In this document: positions 26,980 through 40,539 of the stretch, one piece after another | How positions within the stretch are numbered: position 1 is the stretch's first letter | Layout: the number at the start of each line of letters is the position of its first letter | From: Octopus vulgaris | Lineage: Eukaryota | Direction of reading: 5' to 3' | Length of the DNA: 64,000 nucleotides | Assembly: GCA_951406725.2 (NCBI GenBank) | Contig: OX597814.1 | Coordinates: 64,542,001-64,606,000, forward strand | Made by a program: the position numbers and the translations under genes | The notes under the pieces: model-generated | What the model saw: the letters and a program-made list of their open reading frames with translations, nothing else | What the model was told of the DNA's origin: nothing | The model's database searches: none

Positions 26980-28194
26980 TATTTATATATAAAACTGTAG
27001 TTGTGTGAGTGTCTGTCCCTTTCGATTTAGATTCCTAACTACTCCCACATTTTGCGGTGCAGTTTAACCCAAACCGGGTATCTTATAGTCGTGATTCATA
27101 TCGAGCCCTTCTGGGTAGTAGCGCGCGTCTACGATGAGACTACGACTTAAAAAAAAATTTACCATCATTTTTTTCCATTTTGATGCATTTTTTTCGCTAT
27201 TATATAAGGGAAGTAACTCTCTAAAAATGTCTTCGATGAGTCAACGATTTAAAAAAAATTTACCATAATTTTTTTCCATTTTTAATGCATTTTTTTGCTA
27301 TTTTTTGGCTATAACTCTCTAAAAATGCTTATATAGTTATTTCCCTTACAAACCCGAGCAACGCCGGGCGACACTGCTAGTCTATATTTATAAAACTGTA
27401 GTTGTGTGAGTGTCTGTCCCCTTCGATTTAGATTCCTAACTACTCCCACATTTTGCGGTGCAGTTTAACCAAATTCGGATATCTTATAGTTGTGATTCAT
27501 ATCGAGCCCGTCTGGGTATTAGCGCGCGTCTACGATGAGTCTACGATTTTAAAAATAATTTAACATCATTTTTTTCCATTTTAACGCATATTTTTTTAAT
27601 TGGCGGCGGAGTTGGCGTCCATGCTCAAACCTGCACCTGTTTTGCTTCTCCCCCTTCTTCACTCCCTCGTGAAGCTGTGGGGAAGGGAGTGTAAGGAAAT
27701 CAACGTCGTAAAGCGTTGTCAAGGAGACCAGCGTTCTTTTAGAACAACGACTTCATGGCTTGAAGTCGCCAAAACAGAAATCGCTAAAAAAGCTGAAACA
27801 GATCCACAAAAACGGCGAAACCGCCACACGGGGCAGGTTTCCTGTGCAAACAATTTGCACAACCGAATGTTTTAGTTGTTGCACAAATCTTTATATATAA
27901 AAGTGAAGTTGTGTGTCTGTCTCCTACGATTTAAATTCCTAACTACTCCCACATTTTGCGGTGCAGTTTAACCAAAACCGGGTATCTTATAGTCGTGATT
28001 CATATCGAGCCCGTCTGGGTATTAGCGCGCGTCTACGATGAGTCTACGATGAGACAACGATTTAAAAAAAAATTACCATCATTTTTTATTCCATTTTTAA
28101 TGCATTTTTTGCTATTTTTTTGCTATAACTCACTAAAAATGCTTATATAGTTATTTCCCTTACAAACCCAAGCAACGCCGGGCGATACTGCTAG
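26980..28194 (+). mobile_element. three head-to-tail non-autonomous Helitron copies
   Basis: Units start ~26980, 27381 (TC) and 27888 (TC) with shared interior; units 1 and 3 end in CCC(G/A)AGCAACGCCGGG hairpin + CTAG followed by T. Confidence 0.85.
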
Positions 28195-29774
28195 TAATAT
28201 ATACATAGTTAATAACGTGTTCATTAATATTTCAAATATTTGGTTTGGCAAATTTTCTTTGATGTCTTTTATTACTGCAAAATATCAATATTCAAATTTA
28301 GCGTAACAATAAATCTACGTGAAACATGTGTTAAATAATTAAGCAAAAACAGACAAATAAATAGATAATTGCCGAAGACAAACGCACGTTCATATACCCG
28401 AGCACATACACACACACACACACGCGCCCGCCCGCCCGCCCGCCCGCACAAACACGCACATTCACACATAGACATTAGCACAACCATTCACTCGAACACT
28501 TATATACTCATTGAATTAAGTGACTATGTCAATATTTGACGGAGCTTCCAATTTACAGTGGGCTGTATCAGCTGAACTTAACTCATGACCTAGCTAAGCC
28601 CATGAGCTAGCAAAAGTCCCACGGCAATTTATCCGCTACTACCATGACAGTCACAAGACCATCATACTAAGCAGGACTTCACACCTAACATTTTACTGCT
28701 TGACTTGACTGTGCGAGTCAGAGCAATACTTAAAGTAGCTGAGTCGATCAAGTGGTCACGAAGGGACTTTAATGGGCTACCTCTTAAAACCGTTTAATAC
28801 TTCAGTATACTTACATACATATATGAGTGGATCTTTCATTAAGTTTCTCATATCAATGTAGTGGGTACTGGGCAACAAAAGGAGCTTCCATGCAGTTACT
28901 CGACCTGCTAAGCATATCATCCTAATTTCACTCCAATAGTATTATGTATGTTATGTGAAAACAAACCCGGACGATCACAGGTGGATCGACTTTGATCATG
29001 GTTCTGCTCAGTTAATGCTATCATGATTGTTTTGATAGAAGAACGGCTACAACAATATAAGTTAGCATTAGAGTCAATCTCTCGCTTGGTTTTTGAATTT
29101 CTAATAAGGCTAATACGATAAAGAAAGAATATGATGAAGTTTGTTAAAAAAGTAAAATAATAAAATAAGTCTGGAGATGGAACGAAGTACCCATTATGTA
29201 TACAGACGTTGATATGGTAAAATTTATGAGGTGAATATTCACTGCAGTGATATCGCAACAGTTCTCAACACCAACGCTACCTCTTAATTGACAGAGCAAA
29301 TGAAATTTTGCGTCTCTTGACGTCTGCAGCCGAGAGCAATTGCCCTTCACCCCACTCTCTCTCTCTTTCTCCTCTTCTGAACTAATGTTTACAAAATATA
29401 TGTGACAGAGTAAAGAAATTCCAGAGGTTTGCAACCCCGGAAAAAAAGGTCTAAACGAAGCTCCTGGTGTCGTAACGTAAGGTTGAGGAGAAGGGGAAGA
29501 GAAATAAGAAGATTGGGTTAGATTCAGAATAATACGACTTCTCAACAACAGACCCTCTACTTCCTTGCTTGAACAGTTAGAAACGGTGACCAATTTCGTT
29601 TTTCGATTTGAAGAGAAGTACTACTTTTGGGATGCAGTCCCAGCTATACGTACATATATGCACATGTGTGTGTGTGTGCCTCTACACACCTACACAAACA
29701 CACACAGACAAACATATACATATATATATGTATATATATCCATGTATAAATATATATGTAACTGTATGTACGTG

Positions 29775-29824
<50 letters not shown>

Positions 29825-29911
29825 TACATATACACACACACACACACATATATATATATACGTATGTATGTATATACACACCCACACACATATGTGTGTG
29901 TGTGTGTATAT

Positions 29912-30650
29912 ATCAATAAGTATCCGGACTATTGCCATAGTAACAAAGCTAAAGCACGCAGAGGAAAGCTGCTTGGCACAGATTGACCCAAAACTCTGCT
30001 GTGCATGTGCACTAAGTTTTAATGTTCTAATTCACTTTCACTATTTACAGCAGTGCTTGGAAGTGACGTGTGTAGCGTGTGTTTGTCACATTGACCATGG
30101 CAGAAAATGTTGAGCAGAGAATCTTAGTCAAATTTTACCAAAAGCTTGGCGATACCTAGTCGGAGCCCTGTGAAAAACCCGAGTGTCTTTTTGGTCAACT
30201 GAAAACAATTTTGGTACAAACTTGGCAGACACACGTCCCATACCCAAATCTGCAGTGATAATGAACTGAATTGAACCGTAACTAATTGCACATCCTCTGA
30301 TAACTCACGGATGGTAATTCAATGATTTCCCCTCACAGCTGCACGCGCATCTGCGATATTTTTCTCAGTTCTGTTGGTTGCGGCTTTCCCAGAACATTTG
30401 TCAATATCGACATTTTTTCGGCCATCTTTGAAAAGTGTGAACCACTCGTACACTTGTGTGCGGCTCATACACTCCTCTCCATACACTTTTTGCAATTGTG
30501 CGTAGGCCTCTGAGTAGGTATCACCATGACAACTTTCTCTCACGTTACACATGTTACTGGGAAGCACTGCTGTAAATAGCAGGAGTGAGCTACAACGTTT
30601 AGTTTCGTTAATATAGCAATAATCCGTATACTTATTGATCAGACCTCGTA
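29912..30650. mobile_element. mariner derivative made of two inverted 5' halves
   Basis: Left TIR ATCAATAAGTATCCGGACTATTGC, then plus-strand MAENVEQRILVKFYQKLGDT*; right TIR ..GATCAGACCTCGTA, then minus-strand GDTYSEAYAQLQKVYGEECMSRTQVYEWF..VSAKFVPKL. Confidence 0.88.
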
Positions 30651-30979
30651 TATATGTATATGTATATCATAATGACCTCAAAGTATGTAAATGATGTAGT
30701 GACGTCCTAAATGCTGATTTGCTATAGAAACTAGCTACGTAAATCGCATTTCTGCATTGATCAGAGAAATTTTGAGACAACTAACTTTCAGGGAGTCTGG
30801 ATGCTTAATGCAAAATAACCAATTTCGTTTTTATCCATTGATGAGCTCTGACCCAAACGATTTATAATGATAAACGTCCCAGCCAGGGTTGATTTGTTTA
30901 TATTAGAGCATAGTGTATATGTAGATTATAATGTAACGTCTACTATGATCACAGGACGTAACAAAGGTAATCGTTTATC

Positions 30980-31155
30980 GTTTACTTGTTTTAATCATTA
31001 AACTGCGACCATGCTGCGGGTACTGCATGAAGAGTTTGGTTAAACAAATTCACTTTTATGCTTTTTTTGAAGCCTGGTTCTAATATTATCAGATTACATT
31101 ACTGGTACATAAACAAACCAACACCGATTGTCAAGCGATGGTAGTGGACAAATAC

Positions 31156-31209
<54 letters not shown>

Positions 31210-31345
31210 TAGTCTGCTTTCAGTTTCTGCCTGCCATATCCGCAAAGCTTTGGTTGGCCCGAAGATATAGCAGGAGACATCCAATATACTGAAACCAGAG
31301 CTATGTGCTTGAGAAACAAACATCTAACCTAACAACCACGATGGT
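30980..31345 (-). mobile_element. SINE family A full copy
   Basis: Tail + (CA)n + head. Confidence 0.75.
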
Positions 31346-32699
31346 ACCAATAACTAATTTTGATACACAATTGGGGAAGTGGTGGTTCGGAACTGAGAGA
31401 TGGACAGAAAATATTTTACATAATAAAGAAAAATCGAGGTAGAACGTATAAGAGAAGAGAAAGCTATTCCCAAGAGATCAATTCAACAGTGATAACAAAA
31501 AGTAGGTTACAATGTTTGTAAAATTCAAAATATTTTCTTAATTTGTAGCGCCAACAGAATTTTTTTTTTCAAGCTCCTGATCATTTGTAGTCGAGTACGC
31601 TGCAGGTTCAAGGGCGCTTCATTTATGATCGTCCCCTGTTTTCTGTTCCTATATTGTACCTATGGCAAGTAAGATCATTCCCTTGTCATTGGACAATATC
31701 ATTTACAATGTTGGAACACAAATATTTTTTACCAGATTTTTCTACCCTTCTCGCTCAGGGGATTTCATCATGAGTGGTGCAGACTGTTCTGATGTAGAAA
31801 TGAATATTGGAGCAACGTCAATTTAAATGTTTAAATGGTAGTCCTAGAATATATGTGTTAATGGCTCTCATGGAACTTACAAACAATAAATCCTGTTCTC
31901 ATGGAGCAAGATTTGCTGTTTATTCCCACTGAACACTCACACATCTCACTGGGCAATCACATTGGGTACCCAGTTTAGTATCAATTTAGTATCTTTCAAT
32001 AAGACTCTAGTCTTTGACAACACAGATTAATCAACTGACGTTTTAAACATAGTTGGAAATGCGTGGCCATGTCTCAATCAAATTATTTAATAAAGTGTCG
32101 AACTCATCAGACACTTGGTGACGATGGCAGCACAATATCATAAGCGTTCGCTTGCATATCTATAAGGTACGTACATGATTCCAAGCCGAGGACAATGCAC
32201 AAGATTTTCATCCGTATGGTGTAATTACAAAATAGTAATTAACTCACCTAGTATTTTGTGTTTTTCATAAACTCTTTTCTATATACGCTTCATACTTTTA
32301 TGTGTACACATACACGAGCACAGACACACACACGCACTCGCACATGCACTCGCACATGCACACACACACGAACGAACACGCATATGCACACACACACACG
32401 CGCTCACGCACACAGATATTGAATAAGAAATTATAAATTTTCCAGAAAACAAGCGATACGTTTTGCAATCTGTTTCCGAAGCACCTGCTGCAATGCCTTT
32501 GCATATATGCCTGCGTGGGACTGCCGAACGAACCATTTCGACTGGAGTATATAACCTGTTACTTCATTCCCGCCTATCATTTGTTCTTTCTTTATTGTTG
32601 AAATACTTCTGGGGAGATTTTTTCTCGATAATTTGCCCTTTTACTCTTTATCTTTTACCTTTTACTACTTTCAGCTTGAGAGCAACGGTCACACTGGAG

Positions 32700-32980
32700 C
32701 ACTACCGCTAGCTCTGCTACACTTTTACTACTTGAAACCTTCTCTGATATGTACCATTTGGTAAAAGAGTGGGTTTGATGTTCTGCCCTCATCGGCATTT
32801 CTTGTCGCAAGGTAGATTCATCCAGAACTCTTGAGAGGAGGGTATCCAATTTTGTTTTGAAAACACCTACATCAGCCCCATGTAGGTCTCTCAGGCATTT
32901 TGAGAGGATATTGCAGAGCTGGGTCCTTGGCTGTTGGGCTCTTTGGCTCTATGCAGTAGCGCCCCGTTCTGCTATTTATG
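32700..32980 (-). pseudogene. CR1-like LINE 3' fragment
   Basis: Minus: GPSS/QL.NIL.KCLRDLHGADVGVFKTKLDTLLSRVLDE resembles the CR1/L2-group ORF2 terminus. Confidence 0.65.
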
Positions 32981-33169
32981 TAATGTTCAGTGCCAAAGTT
33001 AGATAGTCTTTTTATTCTTTGGATTTTTTCTTTCTTTTGTCCTTGTAAAAATATGTTGCTAAATAAAAATTTGCCACTTATAAAGCTGTAAAGAATAATA
33101 TAAATATTGTATTGAAAAACTCTTTTTCGTTAGAAAAAGACGAAGGTACACACACACACGCACAAACAC

Positions 33170-33248
<79 letters not shown>

Positions 33249-33469
33249 ATTATACATACACACCCACGCACAACACGCACTCATATACTAATTAATATAC
33301 TGATGTTTAGTAAATAGTTTCTCCATTCTATATTCTTAGACGCATAAAATACTGCAGCCAGTTGGTGAAGACAGAAACCCCGCATAAGTTTAGAACTTGA
33401 ACAGACAGGCTTATACTCAAATGCGTTCACACGTTTATACACAAAACAACAAAACACATGGTTGATTAC

Positions 33470-33529
<60 letters not shown>

Positions 33530-33639
33530 TTATCTATCTATCTGTCTGTCTATCTCTCTATCTTCTATCTATCTGCCTATCTATAATACACTTACACATA
33601 GGTAGACACACATACACACGCAGACACATACACAGATAT

Positions 33640-33895
33640 ACACATTTGGCCTCACATATGTTCGCGCGCACGCACGTTTAATCACCTCAAGAGAGCCAAA
33701 TAAACAGTGAAGCAAAGTTAGGGAACACCTGCAAACATTGATGTATCTTCAAGTTCAGACTTCCATCGATATAAACAGCCAGACATCTGAAAATATACGC
33801 AAGATCCTTCAACTAACACATCAAACCTGCCAGAAACGAAGGGTCAACAAGGAAGTTGAATGTTAAGGGTACGCATTTTAAAAGGGGCGGAGCGT
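33640..33895 (+). pseudogene. possible Penelope GIY-YIG remnant
   Basis: YTFGLT..RTFNHLK..ARSFN..NL pattern, frameshifted. Confidence 0.3.
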
Positions 33896-33964
33896 TAGAT
33901 TAAAATCGGAAGTTCCGACACTCGAGTAGGAAGTGTGAATGGAAATATCATGTATGTATATATT

Positions 33965-34105
33965 CGTGTGGTTAGACGTTCGCTTACCACCAATATGGTT
34001 TTGGATTCAGTCCCATATCTGTGATACTTTCTACAATAGCCCCGGACGGAGCAACGCCTAGTCAGTAGATTAGCGAGAAGGAAACTGAACTGAAAGAAGC
34101 TCGCC
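33965..34105 (+). mobile_element. SINE family A head
   Basis: GTGTGGTTAGACGTTCGCTTACC..GATTCAGTCCCA..GAAACTGAACTGAAAGAAGCTCGCC. Confidence 0.7.
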
Positions 34106-34145
34106 ATATATATATATATGTGTGTGTGTGTGTATGTGTGTGTGC

Positions 34146-34176
<31 letters not shown>

Positions 34177-34211
34177 CGAGCGCGTGTATGTATGTGTGTG
34201 TGTGCGTGTAT

Positions 34212-34266
<55 letters not shown>

Positions 34267-34537
34267 GTGTTTGTACGTGTATAAATATAATTATCGTGGA
34301 CTCTCCTGTCGTTACATGACGTATGAAGTTTTGCAATTTCTTGCTGAACAACCACACAGATGATTTGTTTCCAGTGATCAAATGTTTTTTGTTTACATAA
34401 GCTCACTCCCTCCATTAAATCGGCATTATCTGTACAGGTGCACAATATGCCACATGTCAGGTGATGAAGTGATCGCAAAGGAATGTGAAATGAAGTGTAT
34501 TCCTCAAGAAGACAATGTAACACCCAATCTGTGATCA

Positions 34538-34815
34538 ATTTCCACCGAGGTCAACTTTGCCTTTCATCATTTTGAGGTCGATAAACTAAGTACCAGTTGA
34601 GCACTTGGGTTGATGTAATCGACTTGCCTCCTCCCCTGAAATTGCTGGCAATGTGCCAGAATTTGAAGCCATTATTAAGCGTGACGGATTAAATGAATAG
34701 GGGCATTTCTTCCAACACATTACGTTCTGAGTTCAAATTCCGACAAAGTCGACTTATCCATTCATCCTTTCGGGGTCGATAAAATAAGTACATATTGAGC
34801 GCTAGGATCGATTTA
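34538..34815 (+). mobile_element. SINE family B, two tandem units
   Basis: GAGGTCAACTTTGCCTTTCATC..GTCGATAAACTAAGTACCAG and GAGTTCAAATTCC..TTCATCCTTTCGGGGTCGATAAAATAAGTAC. Confidence 0.85.
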
Positions 34816-35139
34816 GAAAGAATTATCATTATTATTATTGTTATTAATTAGGATGTTAGTGCGTCGGAAACATGGAGTTATTTATGGTTGCCCTAGTTTC
34901 CCTCTAGTACCAGAAATAGAAACAGAGTCATGATCTAAGCTAGACGGCGGTTTCCCAGCCGTATGTGACTGGATTGTCTTTATTTATTGACGTCATTTTC
35001 TTTATTAGACGGCTACTAAAATTCTCAGTACAAAGGGAAAATTTCTAGTAACTTTAACTGGGAGTGGTAAAGCAGGTGAAGGACGCGAACAAGAGAGTCA
35101 TGACTTATAAGTTATAATCCTGTTGAAGATTATGAATAC

Positions 35140-35430
35140 AGTATTGGTCACTAGCGGAGTGGAGATTCTAAAAGAAAATGAGGCGGTAACAGGCATAAAG
35201 ATTAACCCTAACAAGTCGGTGGGTTTGCAGCTCTACATGAGAAGTACGACCATCCTATCAGAAAACGTTGTCGGATCTCAGACAGCTGGAACTGTCCGGT
35301 TGTTTAGGATCTTAGTCGATCTAGACTTCGAAGTGGATGTATCATCCAGAAATGGCCGATGAGTAACTTATCCCTACAAGGTCGAAAGCGTGGGGAAAGC
35401 ATATATCACCTCCGTTTTCTGTTACTTCTT
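35140..35430 (+). pseudogene. L1/Tx1-clade RT fragment
   Basis: EAVTGIKINPNKSVGLQL..VVG..GTVRLF..NLSLQGR, typical post-YADD region of L1/Tx1. Confidence 0.65.
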
Positions 35431-36257
35431 ACTTTATCCCAGCAATTAAATGCTTCTGAAAAATACAATTTCAAAAGAAGCCATGCATTTCATGGATCTC
35501 TATAAAATTCTAGCAACATTTTTAGTTTTCAAATAACCGTGGAATAACCACAGATGATGCAAGCCTAGACTAATAATAGAACAAGGTGGTTGCACAGGAA
35601 AGGATATAATACGGTAAATAGACAACAAAAGTAATGAATGTTTACATCTAAGGAACAAAGCGGTTCTCAGTACTCGACTTGGTATTTATTTTATCGAAAT
35701 ACAAATTCGACCTTGCCGGAATACGAACTCGGATCACAAGGGGACGCAACTGTATATTGCGAAATAATTTGTCTCTGGCTTTACAAAGGATATGCGTGCC
35801 ATTGACACTCTAAACTCAATAAAAAATTTTAAAAAATAAGCAAATAAACAATAAAAATTAAAAGAATACCAGACAGACATGGTGGAAGGTGAAGAGCCCA
35901 AGTGTGAATCTTGTGAAGTTGAAATAAAATAACAATGTCGTAGAAATCTGCCTGAAAAGTAACTAAAGTCAGAGACCGGAAGTTGAGACGAGCCAGGTTC
36001 GTGTCATCTTCACAGATGTAGCAAACAGAGATTGTACCATCTTCACACTTTGAGTGTGTGTGAGTGTGTGTGTGTGTGTGTCAAAGAGTCCAACATTCAG
36101 CACCTGGCTCACAGAGGGTGTCTAGAGATCGTCTAAGTACATAATCTGTTCGTCTAAAAGGGAGAACGATGATAGGAAAGGAGTGGATAAAGGTGAAGAT
36201 AAAAGAGAGGACAAAATGTGTGAGACAGGGAGAGGAACATATGAAAAAGAAGGCAGA

Positions 36258-36606
36258 AGGAAGAAGAAGAAGAAGAAGAAGAAGAAGAAGAAGAAGAAGA
36301 AGAAGAAGAAGAAGGAGAAGAGAAGAAGAGAGGGAGAACAAGAAAAGGAAGAAGATGAACAAAAAGGAGGAGGAGGAAGATGATTAAAAAAAGAAGAACG
36401 AAGGAGAAAGAAGGAAGAAAGAAGAAAAAGAAGGGGAGGAAGAAGCATAAGAAGGAAGAAGAAGGGAAAAGAAAGAAGAAAAAAGAGGAGAGGAGGAAGA
36501 AAATAATTAAGAAGGAATAAAAAGAAAAAAGGAGGAGGAGGAAAAGAAGAAGAAGAAGAAGAAGAAGAAGAAGAAGAAGAAGAAGAAGAAGAAGAAGAAG
36601 AAGAAA
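36258..36606. repeat. (GAA)n / polypurine tract
   Basis: Directly visible. Confidence 0.95.
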
Positions 36607-36892
36607 TGAACGAAGAACATGAGAATGGAGTAGGTAAGGTTTGTTTAAAGCTAAGGCGATATTTAAATACATGTAAATGAGGTTAGTAGGAGTTTAGTCG
36701 GAGTTTAGTTCAACCTTAGTGACTGAGAAGCATTTGTTTTTACAGGAAAAGCTAACCACTTTTGTATTTAAAAGGACACATACAGTTAGATTATACTTCC
36801 TATTATATATACAGACATACATATATGCATACTTCCTATAATATATACAGACACATACATCTACACGCATTCTCTTTCTCTCTCTTTCTGAT

Positions 36893-36924
<32 letters not shown>

Positions 36925-37090
36925 GGAGATTTAGTGTATAAATAGAAAAAAATAAATCTACAGGAATTCAATCAATAACAGGTCCTTAAACGCCAATATG
37001 ATATTACAGTAAACCCTTGTGAAGTCGACTTCCATGTGTATCCATAATCAGGTAAAACAATTTTTAAGAGTAACATTCATTTTAAAAGTA

Positions 37091-37411
37091 GGAAAGCATT
37101 AATTACAAAGTAAGTTCATCTTTTTTCAACAGCTGTTTCATTAAAATAAATATCATTAGATATGTAGCTTTATTATTATGACACAAAAGTAATTAATTTA
37201 ATTTAATCTAATTCAAAAGATGTGTTTATCCAAATTATCCGGAATGTTATGTTATCGTAATCAGTAAACTGCTTTTGGTTTAAAACGATGATTTGAGTAT
37301 ACACATATAATTTAATTTAATTTAATAATGATTCGCAATTATGTAATTATACATTCAATGAAACAACTGTTGAACACAAAGTGGATGCTATATTTGAAAT
37401 TTATGCTTTTC
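37091..37411. mobile_element. decayed fold-back element with hammerhead remnants
   Basis: AAAGCATTAATT..TTCAACAGCTGTTTCATT versus AATGAAACAACTGTTGAA..AATTTATGCTTT; minus CTAATGA..GAAACAGCTGTT. Confidence 0.6.
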
Positions 37412-37449
37412 TGCGTTTATTCTGTATGTGTGTGTGTATGCATACATAC

Positions 37450-37546
<97 letters not shown>

Positions 37547-37583
37547 TGTATATATATATACACACATATATATATATATATGC

Positions 37584-37662
<79 letters not shown>

Positions 37663-37669
37663 CGTGCAG

Positions 37670-37985
37670 CGTAGATAGTTGGTAGAAACTACACAATTCT
37701 CGACTACACAATTCTGGGTTCAGTCCCATTGCGTGGTACTTTGGGCAAAGTGTCCTCTACTATAGCCCTTGGACGATCAGAATCTTCTGAGTAGATATGG
37801 TAGATAGAAACTGTAAGAAGCCCGTCGAATAATCCTTATTTCTTATATATACACCTATGTACGTGTGCATGTGTATGTGCGTGCGTGTGTGTGTATCTCT
37901 CTGTTCGTTTTTGCTCTCAGCACCACTAAAAAATCAAAGTTGATTTGTTTATATGTCCGTAACTGCAACGGTTCGAATAATTGAG
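37670..37985 (+). mobile_element. SINE family A copy
   Basis: GGGTTCAGTCCCATTGCGTGGTACTTTGGGCAAAGTGTCC..GAAACTGTAAGAAGCCCGTC plus decayed tail. Confidence 0.8.
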
Positions 37986-38154
37986 TTTGCATCAGATCTT
38001 TTCCTCCTTCATACTTACATTGCCTGTACAAGTGCCACACGTAAAATGTCCAAATGATCGCAGTATAATGTTATGCTTAAGAACACAGCACACCGCCCTG
38101 TCTACGAATCGAACCAACGGTCTGGTGATCGTGAGTACAACATCTTAAATACTT

Positions 38155-38230
<76 letters not shown>

Positions 38231-38399
38231 AGCCAATGCAATTTAGATGCTAAACTGTTTAGTTTCAATGCATTATATAACGTATGTGCGCGTGCATTTG
38301 TGTAAAATCCAGGACAAGCGTCTTCTACTATAGCCTCGAGCCAACCAAACTCTCCTGGGTGGATTAGGTAGACGGAAACTGAAGAAATACCGTTTGTGC

Positions 38400-39723
38400 T
38401 CTGTAAGGATATTTATGTTTCCTTAATTATTTCAGAGTTTTATGCTAAAATATGTGGTATATACAGTTAATAAATAGTAAAATACCTAAAGCAAGGGAGT
38501 TGAGTGAGTGTGAGCGAGATCAAATCGTAGCTAATCATGAAGATGGAATGTCTCGAAGGAAAATTGCTCAGAAGATGAAATGTTCTCGATGTGCGGCGCA
38601 AACGACTCTCAAGTGCTTCAAAGAGACAAAAGATGTGAAGACAAAACAAAGAACAGGTAGAAAAAAAGTTATATCACCTCGTGATGACAGATCCATCATC
38701 TTTCAGCCGCACAGAAGCAGAAGAAAAACATCGTCGGATCTCTGTGCGGACTTCAACGAGGCAAGTACTTCACAAATATCACCCAGAACTGTTAGAAGAA
38801 GGCTTGTAGAGAACGGTCTGAAAATCTGTAAAGGCAGGAAGAAGCTATGGGTTTCTGAATCGAATATGGAAAAACAGCTTCAGTGGGCCAAAAATCACTC
38901 AAATTGGACCATTCAGCAATGCTCGAAAGTCATTTGGTCTGATGAAAGTAACTATGAGGTAATATTGTACATGTATTCAATCAACATATAAACTTGCCCA
39001 AAATATATTTTTAAATATCCAACATAAAGCTAATATTATTTCTCATGTTTTTACTCACATTTTCGGTACATCTGGTGCAGCTCTCTTGCATCGCAGAGTT
39101 GGGGAAGCATTTAAGGCTGAATGTCTGGCACCATCCGTAATACCTTGGAGTGGTTCTCTCATGATGTGGGCCTGCATGACTACCACAGGACCCGCAGAGA
39201 TGTTTTTATGTCATGGAAGGATGAATTCAGCTACCTATGTTTCTATGTTATCAGATGTTTTAGAGCCATCAGTTGCTAAATTGCATGCAGGAGTGTTGAA
39301 GAACAGTGTTATCTTTCAACAGGGCAACGCTCCATGCCATACAGCAAAGAATACTTGTAAATGGTTTGAGACACAGGGTATTGTTTCCATCGACTGACCA
39401 GCTCAAAGTCCCGATCTAAATCCGATTGAACACCTATGGGGAACTCTTGGTGAAGCTACCAGGAACACAACAATTAAAAATAAAGAGCATATGTACCAAA
39501 AGTTGGGAGAAGAATGGAGTAAAATTGCGTCTGCAAGAAACTAGTTGATTCAATGCCTAGCCGTATAAAAGCGGTAACTGATGTTAAATGAGGGTCAACC
39601 AGGTATTAAAACTAATGTACATTGTGAAATATACCATAATCTACCATGTGCATGAGTTTCATTAACACTGAGATAGCAGAGCCCCAAAACATTGGGTGGC
39701 CTTAATACTTTGGGCCAAGGCTG
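38400..39723 (+). mobile_element. Tc1 (DD34E) transposon, 5' TIR lost
   Basis: Transposase relic plus 3' TIR GGGTGGCCTTAATACTTTGGGCCAAGGCTG. Confidence 0.92.
38482..39609 (+). pseudogene. Tc1 transposase pseudogene with a 100-bp intron (38959-39058)
   Basis: (M>I)PKARELS..paired HTH..TGRKK..VIWSDESNYE/IFGTSG..QQGNAPCH..D*PAQSPDLNPIEHLW..SMPSRIKAV..TRY*; second D mutated to G, 34 residues to E, stops and a frameshift. Confidence 0.92.
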
Positions 39724-39984
39724 TGTATATATACATATATATACATACACATACACTCACACATATATACATAGACATGTGTGTGTGAGTACATGCATAA
39801 TAGATTCGTGCGGTCACCAAGAGCACATCACAGCAATGACTCCCAGTAATGTTGATATTAATTCGTCTTCCCTGTTTACTTGGACAAGCTTGAGAAATCA
39901 CTTTATTTTTGTTGCCATTATTGTGTTATTTTTTGGACTAATACTTATCACCTTCTTTGTTATACATTCCCTACTCCTCCTGTA

Positions 39985-40167
<183 letters not shown>

Positions 40168-40539
40168 GGTTGGCATTCTTGGAAGCCACGCTTAACTTCG
40201 CCTCCGGAAAGTTTGTTTACTCTGAAAGCGATTATTTTTCTATTTAAATCTTTTTTATAAGCGTGGTGGGATTTACTAACTGCTGTGTAGTTCTTTTTTG
40301 TTTAAAGCCCAAAGTTCTTGGGGGTACATACCTATATAAATCTTGCCTTCAGATGAAAAAGTTTGTTTTCCTTTAAAATGTTCATCATAGATGCAGTTGA
40401 CAGAAGAATTATATAAATGAGAGAAGTGGGAGATATTGGAGAGACTGATATTATTGGTGTTATGAAGGAAAGAGCAGCACGCTAAACAGCATTGATACTG
40501 AATCCAACATATTTGTATCATTAGATCGGAAAGCAAGCA

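Noticed and set aside
38403-38435. GTAAG..TTTCAG mini-intron in the Tc1 5'UTR
   Set aside because: Only 33 bp, and no independent support
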